From: Hormiphora californensis
Taxonomy: Eukaryota > Animalia > Ctenophora
Length of the DNA: 64,000 bases
Assembly: GCA_020137815.1 (NCBI GenBank)
Contig: CM035354.1
Span: 7,626,001 to 7,690,000 of the forward strand
Direction: 5' to 3'
How positions within the stretch are numbered: the first letter of the stretch is position 1; the number at the start of each line of letters is the position of its first letter. The translations under genes were made by a program, and so were the position numbers. Below are positions 22,470 through 34,600 of this stretch, in pieces. The notes below the pieces were generated by a model. The model made no database searches, had not been told where the DNA came from, and was given only the letters and a program-made list of their open reading frames with translations.

Positions 22470-25400
22470 ATGTCAGATTTCCCCGCCTCGGAGGATCGGG
22501 ACATGGCTGATAAAATAGTACAGCTGACACCTAACGAGGGCAAGCTCACTGACCCACCAGTACCAGATGAGCAGGATCAGGACTTCATAACACCCCGATC
22601 CAACCTGGAGAGCCCTGTTAAAGTGGGAGAATCTAGTAGTGAGTCAGAGGTAGAGGTGAGTCCTGTAAAGGAGGAGGAGAAGGAGGTCTACACCCCAACC
22701 AGGCCCATCTTCCCTGACCTGCTCAGACCCAAGGAGGAAGATGATATTGAGTTGTGGTCCACCACCTCTACTTGTTCCACTGATACTATTCAACACCAGA
22801 AGCTGTTCAATGAGAGTTCTTCTGTAGTGGACACTGCCGAGAACGGAGCTATCATGGCTGATATAGGAGCAGCCACAGAGGATCTGACACCAGAGGGCCC
22901 AGTCGCAGAGGACATAACCCCTGAAGCAGCTGCACCTATCACCCTGCTGGGAGACCTAACACCAGCAGCTATGTATGGTGAGCACGATCGAATGGATATG
23001 GGACCTGATCAGACCGTTGAAGACCCAGAAGATGCTACTGAACCTAATGAACCTGAGGAGAGTTATAAACCCTTTGCGACATTTGAAATCGTGGAACCTG
23101 CTCCTGCTGAATCAGAAGCAGTTGCTGAAGAAACCGCTCCCGTAGTCGAACCAGAAGCTGCTCCCATTGTGGAACCAGAAGCTGTTCCCATTGTGGAATC
23201 TGAAGCTGCTCCTGTTGTGGAATCTGAAGCTGTTCCCATTGTGGAATCTAAAGCTGTTCCCATTGTGGAATCTAAAGCTGTTCCCATTGTGGAATCTAAA
23301 GCTGTTCCCATTGTGGAATCTAAAGCTGTTCCCATTGTGGAATCAGAAGCTGCTCCTGTTGTGGAACCAGAAGCTGCTCCCGTTGTGGAACCAGAAGTTG
23401 CTCCTGTTGTGGAATCTAAAGCTGCTCCTGTTGTGGAATCTGAAGCTGCTCCTGTTGTGGAACCAGAAGCTGCTCCGTTGTTGAATCTGAAGCTGCTCCT
23501 GTTGTGGAATCAGAAGCTGCTCCTTCAGTAGAGACCAAAACAGTTGCTGAACCAGTGACAGATGAACCTGTTCCTGCAGCAGCTGAACCTGTTCCTGCAG
23601 CAACTGAACCTGTTCCTGCAGCAGCTGAACCTGTTCCTGCAGCAGCTGAACCTGTTCCTGCAGCAGCTGAACCTGTTCCTGCAGCAACTGAACCTGTTCC
23701 TGCAGCAGCTGAACCTGTTCCTGCAGCAGCTGAACCTGTGACAGCTGCTGAACCTGTGGCAGTTGCAGAACCTCAATCCGTTTCGGAAGCGCCTGCCTCT
23801 GACCCTGAAGATGAGGTCATTGGTAAACCATCAGAAGTTGTCACTGAGAAAGCATCAGAACCAGTTGTTGAGGAAGCATCGACCGAGGAAGTGACAAAAG
23901 AAGAAAAACCAACAGATGGTTGGGTTCAGATACTTGGAAACGACTCCATCAAACGACGGGTATGCTACAACTGGGTTTGGGGGGGGGGTTGCTGTTGCTA
24001 TTGAACGGAATTCATGATCTCTTAGGCCTTAGCAATACATTCGTGTTTATTGAATTGATCGCTAACCCTGTCTATCTCCCCAGGTAAAACAATCAGGTAC
24101 AGGTCCCAATGTAGAGAAGGGGCAGCAGGTGACTGTGAAGTATTCCCTGATTTTGGCAACTGGCCAGACAGTTGATGACAATGTTGAGCTGACTTTTGAA
24201 CTGGGCGAAGGAGAGGCAATCGATGGTAAGTTTTCAGAAAAGCTAGTTATCGTTTCCTGATTGTTTCCATTATTCAGTTACAATGTTTCCTCCTAATTTC
24301 AGCGCTCGACTTGGCAACTAATCTGGCAAAGGTTGGGGAAATATTTGAGGTAACAGCTGAGTCTCGGTTTGGGTATGGTACCCTGGGTCGACCCCCTCAC
24401 ATTAAACCCAGCTGCTTCAGTGCTACTACTAGTTGAGGTGCTGCAGAGTGAGGATACCCCTGATGTTTCTGAGATGACAGAACCTGAGAGAGTTCGCATC
24501 GGGTGAGCATGTGCTGAGTGTGCTTGAGTAACGAGTGTGTAGCTGAATACTTGATAGTGCAGACAGAGCTTGTATTGTGTGTGCGTGTATGTTCAGATGA
24601 GAGACTACCGGTCGAATGTCGATATTGGTTTTATAATTTTGGTCGTGATATCTTCACAGTTTTTATTAACACATCTCCCAATTTGGACAGAGACCGAAAG
24701 CGAAAGATTGGAAACGACCACTTCGCTCGATATGATTACGAAAGGGCATCTCGAAATTACAGAGGGTAAGCTTGTATGACTCTAGCGATGCGACTCGAGA
24801 TGAAGCGAGATGAGCGCTAGAGCGCTTCGAGAGATAGAGAGCGAGAACATAGCTAGAGGAGATGAGTAGAATGCGAGAGAGGAGCAGCGAGCTCGTATCT
24901 CGAGTCGCTCTCTCTCTGTCCACTACTCTATATGTATAGATCGTATATCCTCTCTCTCTTCAGTTCTCTCTCTCTCGCTCTCTCTCTCCTCTTCTATATC
25001 TCTCTCCCTCCCTCTCTCTTTCACCCTCTCTCTCTCTATCTATCTCCCTCTAACCGGTTTCATTTACCATGCTGTCCACATGTCTAATTTGACATGCGTC
25101 ATTACGCGTGAACTAATAACTACCCCTGTTTAGTGCGTGTAAATTCCTGGACCCCCCAAGTTACAAATTGGGCGAGGGAGCACAACCTGCCAGTCCAGAA
25201 CTCAAGGAACTTCAGATGAAGACGTGGTGTAACCTCGCATTTTCAGGTTACTAAGTAATACTGCCCTGTGATGTTAATATCCTCGTTACAATTGTCATAT
25301 ATTACAACAGTTACTGTGATATATGTAGAAATCTTGGCAGGCTATATTATCATGATTATGAGCGTGTGACGTAACTCACTTTTTTATTAAGATTCCAATC

Positions 25401-27808
25401 AGGCATACTACTTGATAACCATATATCTCCAGTCTCCACTGCTATGTTTTAATGCGTCACTCAGACCGTGACCAGCCACAGGCAACTTAAAGTGAGAGTG
25501 GACCGAATCAGAATTGGACAAGTTTATTGTAGGTAGTATAGATTAGCTTTGTGAGCATTTTGCGTTTTTGCCGCTCAAAATCGACCCACCCATCACTGAG
25601 ATATTTTTGTTATGTTGGGAGAACTCCTGTTTAATCAGTATGTATAAAACAGAATAGAAACAATCGTGGTGTTTTACTGACACATTCTGAATATAAGTAG
25701 TGAGGTTAACATGTCCATGCACAGAAGCAGGGCCATGCAAGCCAGCGTATTAAAAATTTAAAGAATGTATTAGTAAAACACAAGGATTGTTTCTATCCTG
25801 TTTGATAAATATTGATCCAGCAGGAATTCTCCCAACATAACAAAGATATCTCAGTGATGGGTGGGTCGATTTTGAGCGGCAAAAACGCAAAATGCTCAGA
25901 AAGCTAATCTCTACCACCTACAACAAACTTGTCCAATTCTGATTCGGTCCACTCTCACTTTAACCCCTGCATTACAATGATTATACCTTATTTAACTCAA
26001 CCTGTCCACCACAACTCAGCATCACGTTTTTCAGAGCTAAAGCAAGAGAAATGTGATCCTGGTATAGTGGCAGCTAACAGGGCGCTAGAGATAGAGCCAA
26101 CATCTACCAAGGCCCTGTATAGGAAGGGCAAGTTGTATGAGTTAAAGGGAGAGCTAGAGGAGGCGGAGAAAGCACTTAAAGTTGCTGTTAAGGTGGATCC
26201 TGAGAGCCAGGTAAGAGTTGTGTAGCTCACAGAGCTAGGTTGGCATGGTGACGGGATTGAAATCTGTATTAGAGTAGATCATGGCTGTAGTACTACTATT
26301 GGATTGTGATATTCAATCAAAAGTCAAAACACTAAACCCCGCCCTTTCTTCCCCAGGGATGTAAGCAGTATCTGGCGGAGATTTCAAAGAAGATTGCAAA
26401 CCAGAAGAAACAACAACAGAGAATGTATAAGAAGATGTTTAACCTTGAAGAAGAGAAGAAAGCTGCGGAAGCCGCTAAAACCGCCACCACTCCAACCGAG
26501 AAGGGAAGAGATACATCGTGGATGGAGGTGAGCGCCGCGCGCTGAATTCCCCCTGTAAAAAGTACCCCCATTTTACTAGTGTCAGCACTTGTCTCACGCG
26601 CGTTCCCCGAACGTCACGTCCTGAAGTCACGGATCCTATCCCCCATTCCACACATCACGAACACTGCCACTGTGGTGGGAGAAATGGCTCACCCTAGAAC
26701 AATTGCAAGTTAATAGCAAAAATGCATAATAACCTGTAAATCACTTGTAATTCGAAGTTCAAACTAGTTTTGAAATAGTTTTGAAATTTTTTTAGAAAAA
26801 TTTTAGTTTTAAAATAGCTTTTGAAATAGTTTTGAAATAGCTTTTGAAATAGTTTTGAAATAGCTTTTGAAATAGCTTTTGAAATAGCTTTTGAAATAGC
26901 TTTTGAAATGGCTTTGGACGGGTGGTAGAAATGGCTCATGTGGCTCATCTGGCAGCTGCACGATTATTATGAACACAAGGACATTCATATAAAAGCGAAA
27001 AACAGTGTACCCGACTAATTTTAATACGCTGAATCACGTAAAAAACTTTTCCAAGCCCTCAGAGGTGAAGAAAGTGCCCTAATTGAGCAATTATGGTCAA
27101 TTAGACCCAATCAGACTCAATTAGGGCAATTTCCCCGCCTCTTAGGGCTTGGAAAAGTTGCTTACGTGAATCAGCGTATCAAAGTTAGTCGGAAAAGTGC
27201 CCTCACATTAACTTCTAGCGTTTTCAGGAGAAAAGTTGTAAGTCCGGTCAATTACACCCAATTATGCTCAATTAGTGCACTTTCTTCACATCTGAGCGCT
27301 TGCCAGAGTTGCTCACGTGATTCAGCGTATTAAAATTAGTCGGGTACACTGGTTTTCGCTTTTATATGAATGTCCTTGTGTTCATAATGATCGTGCAGCT
27401 GCCAGATGAGCCACATGAGCCATTTCTACCACCCGTCCAAAGCCATTTCAAAAGCTATTTCAAAAGCTATTTCAAAAGCTATTTCAAAAGCTATTTCAAA
27501 ACTATTTCAAAAGCTATTTCAAAACTATTTCAAAAGCTATTTCAAAACTAAAATTTTTCTAAAAAAATTTCAAAACTATTTCAAAACTAGTTTGAACTTC
27601 GAATTACAAGTGATTTACAGGTTATTATGCATTTTTGCTATTAACTTGCAATTGTTCTAGGGTGAGCCATTTCTCCCACCACACTGCCACTGATACAACT
27701 AATCCGCCACTATTTCAGAGCGCCATCCCCATGGTGGCTGGAGCAGTAGCCGTTGGAGCCTTTGCTGTGGCAGCTTATAACGGTATCAGAGGAGTGGCGA
27801 GCTGGTGA
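22470..27808 (+). CDS. FKBP8: FKBP8/FKBP38-like: long acidic repeat N-terminus, FKBP domain, TPRs, C-terminal membrane anchor. Approximate exons: 22464-23959 (indel near 23478), 24084-24225, 24303-24502, 24689-24765, 25134-25246, 26020-26210, 26357-26527, 27719-27808
   Basis: GWVQILGNDSIKRR, TFELGEGEAIDALDL, ESRFGYGTLGR, KRKIGNDHFAR.DYERA..Y, ALEIEP...KALYRKG, QRMYKKMF, terminal hydrophobic SAIPMVAGAVAVGAFAVAAY. Confidence 0.88.
23145..23775 (+). repeat. Coding tandem repeats: 24-bp (EAVPIVES-like) then 21-bp (EPVPAAA)
   Basis: Directly visible in DNA and translation. Confidence 0.95.
25491..25959. mobile_element. Kolobok-like MITE in an FKBP8 intron
   Basis: TTAA on both flanks (25487-90, 25960-63); AG...CT termini; TIR over 100 bp (agtgagagtggaccgaatcagaattggacaagttt...). 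Confidence 0.85.
26672..27682. mobile_element. Foldback/Mutator-like palindromic element in the last FKBP8 intron
   Basis: Near-perfect TIRs of ~370 bp or more containing (ttttgaaatagc)n subrepeats; flanking direct repeat actgccact (9-bp reading; 7- or 11-bp registers are also possible). Confidence 0.9.
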
Positions 27809-28667
27809 TATGGACAATGTTAAAAAGAGTTCAGAGATTCTCCTTCTATAGATGTTTCTATTTCCCTTAGCACTGGAAATTAATTTATTCATAAAATCTT
27901 TAATTTATACAATTTACGTTTCTAGCCCCATTTTTGTGTCTACAAAACTCTAGTTGATTGTTTATGTGTGGAACGTTTTTCCGTAGACAAATATTGACTG
28001 TCGCCCTGGTATTTCAAAGTGTTTTTCTCCCGCTGTTCCAGGCGGCTTTCTAAAAACCACTGTGTTTTAATTTCAAATAAATAAACGTTGCAACAAGATC
28101 TTGACAGATGGTCAAATAAATCAGTATCACGCACTAGTGTTTGGCATGTTGTCACGCACGAGCCTGATAATCTCGCCCTTCATAAACATATAGATCAGGT
28201 ACGTGCGTGATAATCATTCGATTGAGATATTTGGGTCGTGTTGCAACGTTTTTGTGTCAAAATGGCGTTGTTTTTGGAAACTGAACTCATGATCAACAAT
28301 TGTTTACACAAAATTAGGATACATTTCCCACGACACATCTGTACCCTCAACTTTTTACAAACTGGCACAAATTAAAAACAACAGTTCACTGCTCACACAC
28401 ACACTGACGCACAGTGCAAATACTATCTTTCCCAGTCAGTCTCTTACAAAATCAAGGCAGTTTTAATCTTTATCACTAGCACACAAACAGGGAAATTACT
28501 TCCTCAAAAACACCTAAACAACGAGTCCTTTTTAGTAACAAAAAACCCACGCCTTTACATAGCAATGTCTCTCTATCTGGCGCCCAATTTGGCAGATTTG
28601 GGCGCCGCCCTGTAACAGTCTTCAATAAATTACACATCATTAATGAAAAATAAAACAAATGTCACAA

Positions 28668-31600
28668 TCACGATGGGGATCTCTCTGATCGGGCCCCGTT
28701 AATCCTGCTCCTCTGCTCCGACATGACACTGCTGGCCACTGATGCACTCCTTGGATGAGGGTGTAGGGGTGTCTGGACGACACTATTAACTGCTGAGAAC
28801 CCGGTTATATCACTGAGAAGGCTGGTTTCAGAGCGGTTCTCCCAGCAAGACTGATCCCATTCACTGGGGGCATACTCTGACATTGTCTCTGAGGGGTCAG
28901 GGAGAAGGGATGCTGTAGGCCGGGACAGGAAGGTGATTACATCGTGGAGTCTGTGATCCAAGTTCAATATAACCGCACTGAAAGGATTAGAGGTGGTTAG
29001 ATCAGGGTATAATGTCGTTACATTGAAAAAGAGGTCACAATTGCGGAATAATGCACATTCGCGTCATGTTTTCTTTGTACCTTCTTTGATTATCAGGGAC
29101 TTCATTTTCAGTCTTTAGCGGCTCTATACACTCAATAAAACCTGTGGGGAGAGGTGTTATACTTGACATTTTTCTGCTGATTTGCATCAAAAAGGAAAGT
29201 CAGTGGGTTCATTGCAGCAGTTAGCATGTTATCATGAAATTCTTACCTTGAACAGCTGTGGTTATCATCTCTCTATCTCTCTGGCAGACGACCAGCTGAG
29301 AATTCAGCTCCTGAGAGAGAAAGGGGAGGTGTTAAAATGAGAATATGACATGTATAATCTTGCATGCAGTGAATATTTGGAATAATTCCATGGCGGTACA
29401 GACGAACAAACAAACTACGTACCTTTATTTTCTTAGTCCTCTCCCCAAGTTTAGCAACCATTTTATCACGTCCCACCATCGTATCTTGCACCATAGACTT
29501 CCTAGTGTTCATCTCAGTGATGAGACGTTGCTTCATGGCCTTGTAATGACCAGTAATCTTGGTCACCTCAACCTTCCTCTTTTCAAGAGAGGTAGATTGT
29601 TCATTAAACAGGGTGGTAGTTTCAGATAGTTTCTTCTCCAGTGCATCAGCTCGAGATGTTGCTGTGGTGAGACGGGTTTGGTATGTCTCGACCTGGGCAG
29701 CTAGCTTCCTCTTGCTCTCCTTTAGTAGAGACACCTCCTCGTTCAGATCACTGACTGCACCAGAGTTTTTAACTTGCCCCATTAACCTGTCCCTCTCATC
29801 GTTAGAGGACTCCATCTTCTTAACAAGCTCAGCCTCTTTCTCACTCAGTTTCCTCTGCAGATCTGTGTTCACTTCACTCAGTTGCTTGATCCGATCATTG
29901 AGGATTGCATCCCGCTGCTGCATTATCACAACATTACCATGTAGCGTGGTATGGACCTCTGTCATCTTATTGTTGTTCTCTACTAGTGACTTGTTGTTGG
30001 CCCTCAGTACTCCAATCTCTGCTGCAGCCTCGTCAAGTTTTATCTGGAGGTTAGCCTCAGTTGCTGACTTTTCAGCTACTTGGGTTGTGGCAAAGTTATT
30101 CAGCTTTTCATCAAGAGCGGCGTTGTTGGACACCAGAGACTCAAAGTCTGTCTTGAGTTGAGCGATTTGTGCTGTTTTCTCCTCTACTTGGCGGTTACTG
30201 GTGGCTAGTTTTTCTGTCAGTTCCAAGACTTCTTGTTTCTGTGATTCCAGCAGACCTGCATTTTCAGTTAGGGCTTCACACGCACTCTTCAACTGGGTTA
30301 TCTGCAAAGTCTTCTCTTCCAACTTGTTCTCAGACTCACTGAGGTTCCTCGACATATCCTCAATCTGCTTCTTTTTCACCAAAATATCTCTCTCACAAGT
30401 GGAGACTTCCCCTGTTTTGAGATCTAGTTTAGCAGTCAACTCCACACCTGTCTCCTGGGACTTGAGAAGAGAAGACTTCAGGGCCTCATTCGCCTCCTCC
30501 AGGGACGACACTCTACCCAATAGTTCTTCATTAGCAGTTTGATCATTGATAGCCTGCCGGAGAGTTTCCTGCTCCGTTTTGGATTGGGCAATAGTGAGAT
30601 CTGCCTCCTCTTTGTAGGTTGTTAATTCTCGAACTTGGGCAGAGAGAACATCTAAATGTGTGCTAAGATCTGATTTCTCACGTCCAAGCTGTTCAATCTG
30701 CTGTTCAAGTAGAGCCATACCATTCTGATCATCAGCTCGCTGAGTCTGGAACGCCGTAACAGTCTCACTAGCAGTCTGTAGTCTGGTTTTAAGAGCAACT
30801 TCTGTTTCTCTGAACACCTCGATTGATGCAGTGAGTTCCTGGACAGACGCAGCACTTTCACTCAATTGACAACGAAGTGATTCAAGTTCATTTTGGAGTT
30901 CTTTCAGTTCATTCTTGTGATCGGATTTGACATCTTGGAACATTTCCCTCTGTGTGGCCAACTGGTTCTCCATACTCAGACCAATGACCCTCAGCTCCTC
31001 AATCTGTGCCTCTCTCTGTCGGATAGCATTGAGCAGCTCTTCATCTCTCTCCGCTGAGTTAGCTGCCTCCAGACGAGACTCCAGTTCAGCAACTTGGGTT
31101 GTAAGGTACCCAACTCGCCCCTCCATCTCTCTGCTTCGTTCAACTGTAGCCTCCAAATGAGATCTTTGTGATTCATAATCGGAGGTTAATTTGACAGTGC
31201 TATCATTTTGGGTAGCGATTGTCTGCTCTGCAGATGAAAGTTGGGACTGGGCCTCACCTAGCTCATTTTGTAGCTTGGCAATTTCCACCTCCCTCGCTGA
31301 AGAGACCTGTTGGACTGAAGATAACTGTTCCCTGAGATCATCAGCAAAGGACTGCATCTGGGACGTTTCACTGTCTCCCTGCTCCCTGAGCGATGCCAAC
31401 TCAGCAGCCGTCTCTCGGAGCTGCCCACTCATGTCTGTCAGGCTCTGTTGCAGGACCACTAACTCTTGTTCCTTGGCCAGGAGACTCTTTTCATGGGTAT
31501 CACACATTTCCAGGACAGAGGTGACCTTCTCTGATTTCAATCTGATCTCATCCTCAAGGGAATCCCGGTCACCTGACATCAACTCTACCTCTCTCTTCAG

Positions 31601-34600
31601 TGATTCCCTCTCTACATGAGCTTCCTCAAGTTGGGACTTCACATCCTCTAACCACTTCACTAGTTCCTCCCGCTCTGTCTTAGCATCTTCTACCTGCTTC
31701 ACCAGTTCATTTCTCTCATTCTTGACGTCCTCTACTTCCTTGGCTAGCTGCTTCCCGCTCATGTGTGGAGTGTTCCCGATACCCCCTGCTGCGAGGAAAG
31801 TGTGGTGGAGAGTTGAGTCAGCTGTTCGTTGAGCTGACAACACTGCTCGTGAAGTTCCGATTTCTCCTTTTCAGAGTTGTTGAATGCTGCCTCCCAGCTG
31901 TACACTAGGTTTCCCAACTCAGATTGTGCTGCTTCTAGCTGGGTGCAATGAGTCTTCACTTGTTCCATCTCCCCCTCCTTAGCAACAATAATGCTCTCAG
32001 ATTCACTGACTGCCTGCTGTAGCTGAGTGATTTGGTCTTCAAGAGTTTGTTTGTCTGTAGCTAGCTGTGTCACATTTGCCTTTGACTCTGTGCTGACTGT
32101 CTCGAACTCAGTCTGAAGACTCTCCATTTGCTGGCTTTGTTCCAATAATACAGAGTTCAACCGGGCGTTTTCATCTTTAATTTGGGTCATGATCTCTCTC
32201 TCCAGCTCGAACTGTTCGACCTCACTCATCAAAACAGAGTTTTCCTTCTCTACAGTTTCCTTGGTAACCACTAGAGATTCTTTCTCCAGAGTCAGTTCAT
32301 TAACCTGGCTCCTCAACTGGTCCATTTCACCTGATCCACTGGTCTGCTCAGAGGCTTCTTTTTTCAGTTTCTCTACCTCTATCTTAGCGTCCTTGTAAGC
32401 CTTCATGATTCCCTTTGCCTTCTTCATAATAACTTCCTTCTCTTCAGAGAGTGACTTGACATCTGCCTCCTTTACTGCTAGCTGTCTAGTAAGGGCTGCC
32501 TTTTCTTCTTCTGATTGAGAGAGTTGCTCGACTAAACCTGACTTCTCCTGTATCAGCTGAGAGAACTGGTCGTTCAAGGCTGTCTTTTCAGCTTCGAGTT
32601 CAGCGAGCTGAGAGGAGACAGCAATCTTTTCTTCTTCGACCTGGGACAGTTTAGAGGACAGAACCGCCAATTCCTCTGTGAATTGTGAGTACTGAGAAGA
32701 GCTGGTTTCTGAAAGTTCGGAAAGTTGATTGGTCAGTTCTGAGACTTCCTTCTCCTTTTCGCTAACTTGGGATTTCAGAGCAGCGACCTCAGTAGTTACT
32801 GTACTCTCCGACTCAGACATACGCTCCTCAAGAGTTTGAATAGCCTCCTCTTTCTCCTTCAGAGTAGCTTCCATGGCCTCTCTCTGCCCCTGCAGTTCAG
32901 TATAGCTGGTCTGTAGTTCTTCAAATGCTGCCTGGTTTGTTGAGATCTGCTCGTTTAGAGACTCAATGTAGCCCCTCTGCTGCTGCTCATATTGCTGCCA
33001 GTTCACCAACATCTCCTCATAGTGAGCTATCTTGGTACTGGATTCCTGGATGCTATCGTGAAGTTTAGCAAGACCCTCCTCAAGTGTCGCGTTGGATTCA
33101 GTTAGCCTCTCTTTGTGCTGTTGCAGTTCTTCATTCTCCTTCTGCAGGTTAGACACTTCATCCTGAACCCCACTCAGCTCACCTAGTTGCGCCTTTAGAG
33201 ATACCACTTCTTCTCCTGATTTCACATTTTCTACTTCCAACTGGTCAGCATGCGCTTTAGTTTCATCCAGACTTGATTTCAATAGCCTGACCTCTTCTTC
33301 AGCAGCTTCACTCCTATCTATCAGCTGTTTCCTCAGCTCCTCAACTTCAACAGGATCAGATTTGTTGAGACTCAGTTGCTGGTTCTCCTCAGTCAATCTA
33401 CTGTTAGTCTCTGTCTGGGCCTCGATCTCAACCGTTAATCGAGTGATAGTTTCCTGAAGCTCGGACCGAGCACTGTCCATATCTTCCAAACACCCACTCA
33501 CACTATCCAACTTTTCCTTCAGATCTACCTCAACCTCAGAGCTTTCCTTCAGCTGAGTGGTCAGTTCATTGACTTCAGTTGTACGTTTTTCCAGCTCACT
33601 TTGAAGCTCAGAGTTAGAGTTTTGTTCCTTCTCCAGGGACCCAGATAACAGCAGAACTTCAGAGTTAGCCTTCTCTTGCTCAGTCTTGGTTGTCTCCAGT
33701 TGATCTCTTATCTCAATGAGACTCTGCTGTGACTGCTCGACCTCCCCTGACAACTGTGTGATCTGGGTCTGGTATTCTGCTACTGCTTGCTCTTGGGACT
33801 GGTTGTATAGAGCCCACTGCTCGAGTTTGTACCCTGCATCGTGCAGATCCACCAGGTGTTTTGAGTTCTCTTCTTCCAACTCGGAAACCCTGCTCTCAAG
33901 TTGTTCCATTACAGATCTCACAGCTTCCAGCTCATCAGTCTTTGACTGGAGGGTTTGTTGGAGTACTGCCAGCTCTTCTGAAGAATCAGATTCTCGTTTG
34001 GAAAGTGTCTCATCCAACTGTTGAGTTAGATGCTCCAGCTCCTCCTGTTTTTCAGAAACAGTTTGTGAAAGAGACTGTTTCTCTGTCTTCAGGCTCTCAA
34101 ACTCAGCAGAGATCTCATCAATCTTAGCTTTTAGCTCAGCACATTCTGTATCTCGTGTGGTGATGGTTGCTTTGCATGTTTCATTCTGACTAAGAACCTC
34201 ATTGAGTTGGTTGTGCACCTTCTCCAGCTTCACTGCAGACTGATCCCTCTCCTCTGTAGCTACAGTCAGCTGAGATTTCAACTGGTCCTGAGATGAAGAT
34301 GCCTCCTCTAACTGGCAACAAATAGTCGACATCTCATCCTTGAGATCTCGGACCTTGTTTTTGGTGGTTTTCAGTTCTGTAGTGATGTTGGAGACTTGTT
34401 CTGCTAGTTCACAGTTCTTAGCAAGGAGGGAATCACGCTCTGATTCAAAGGAGCCCTGGGCTGAACCTGACGCTTCTAGCTGACCTCGCAGTGAAGAAAT
34501 CTGCTCGTTACTAGAGGATAGCTCTACATCAAGTGTCTGTTTTGCTTGTTCAGCTTCCGCTAGAGAACCCTTCAACTCCTCCAGCTCAGTCTTGATGACT

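Noticed and set aside
24780-25050. Odd CGAG/AG-rich stretch as a structured element
   Set aside because: It looks like degenerate or low-quality microsatellite sequence within an intron.
26694-27660. Two identical 84-aa ORFs on opposite strands
   Set aside because: Mirror translations of the foldback TIRs.
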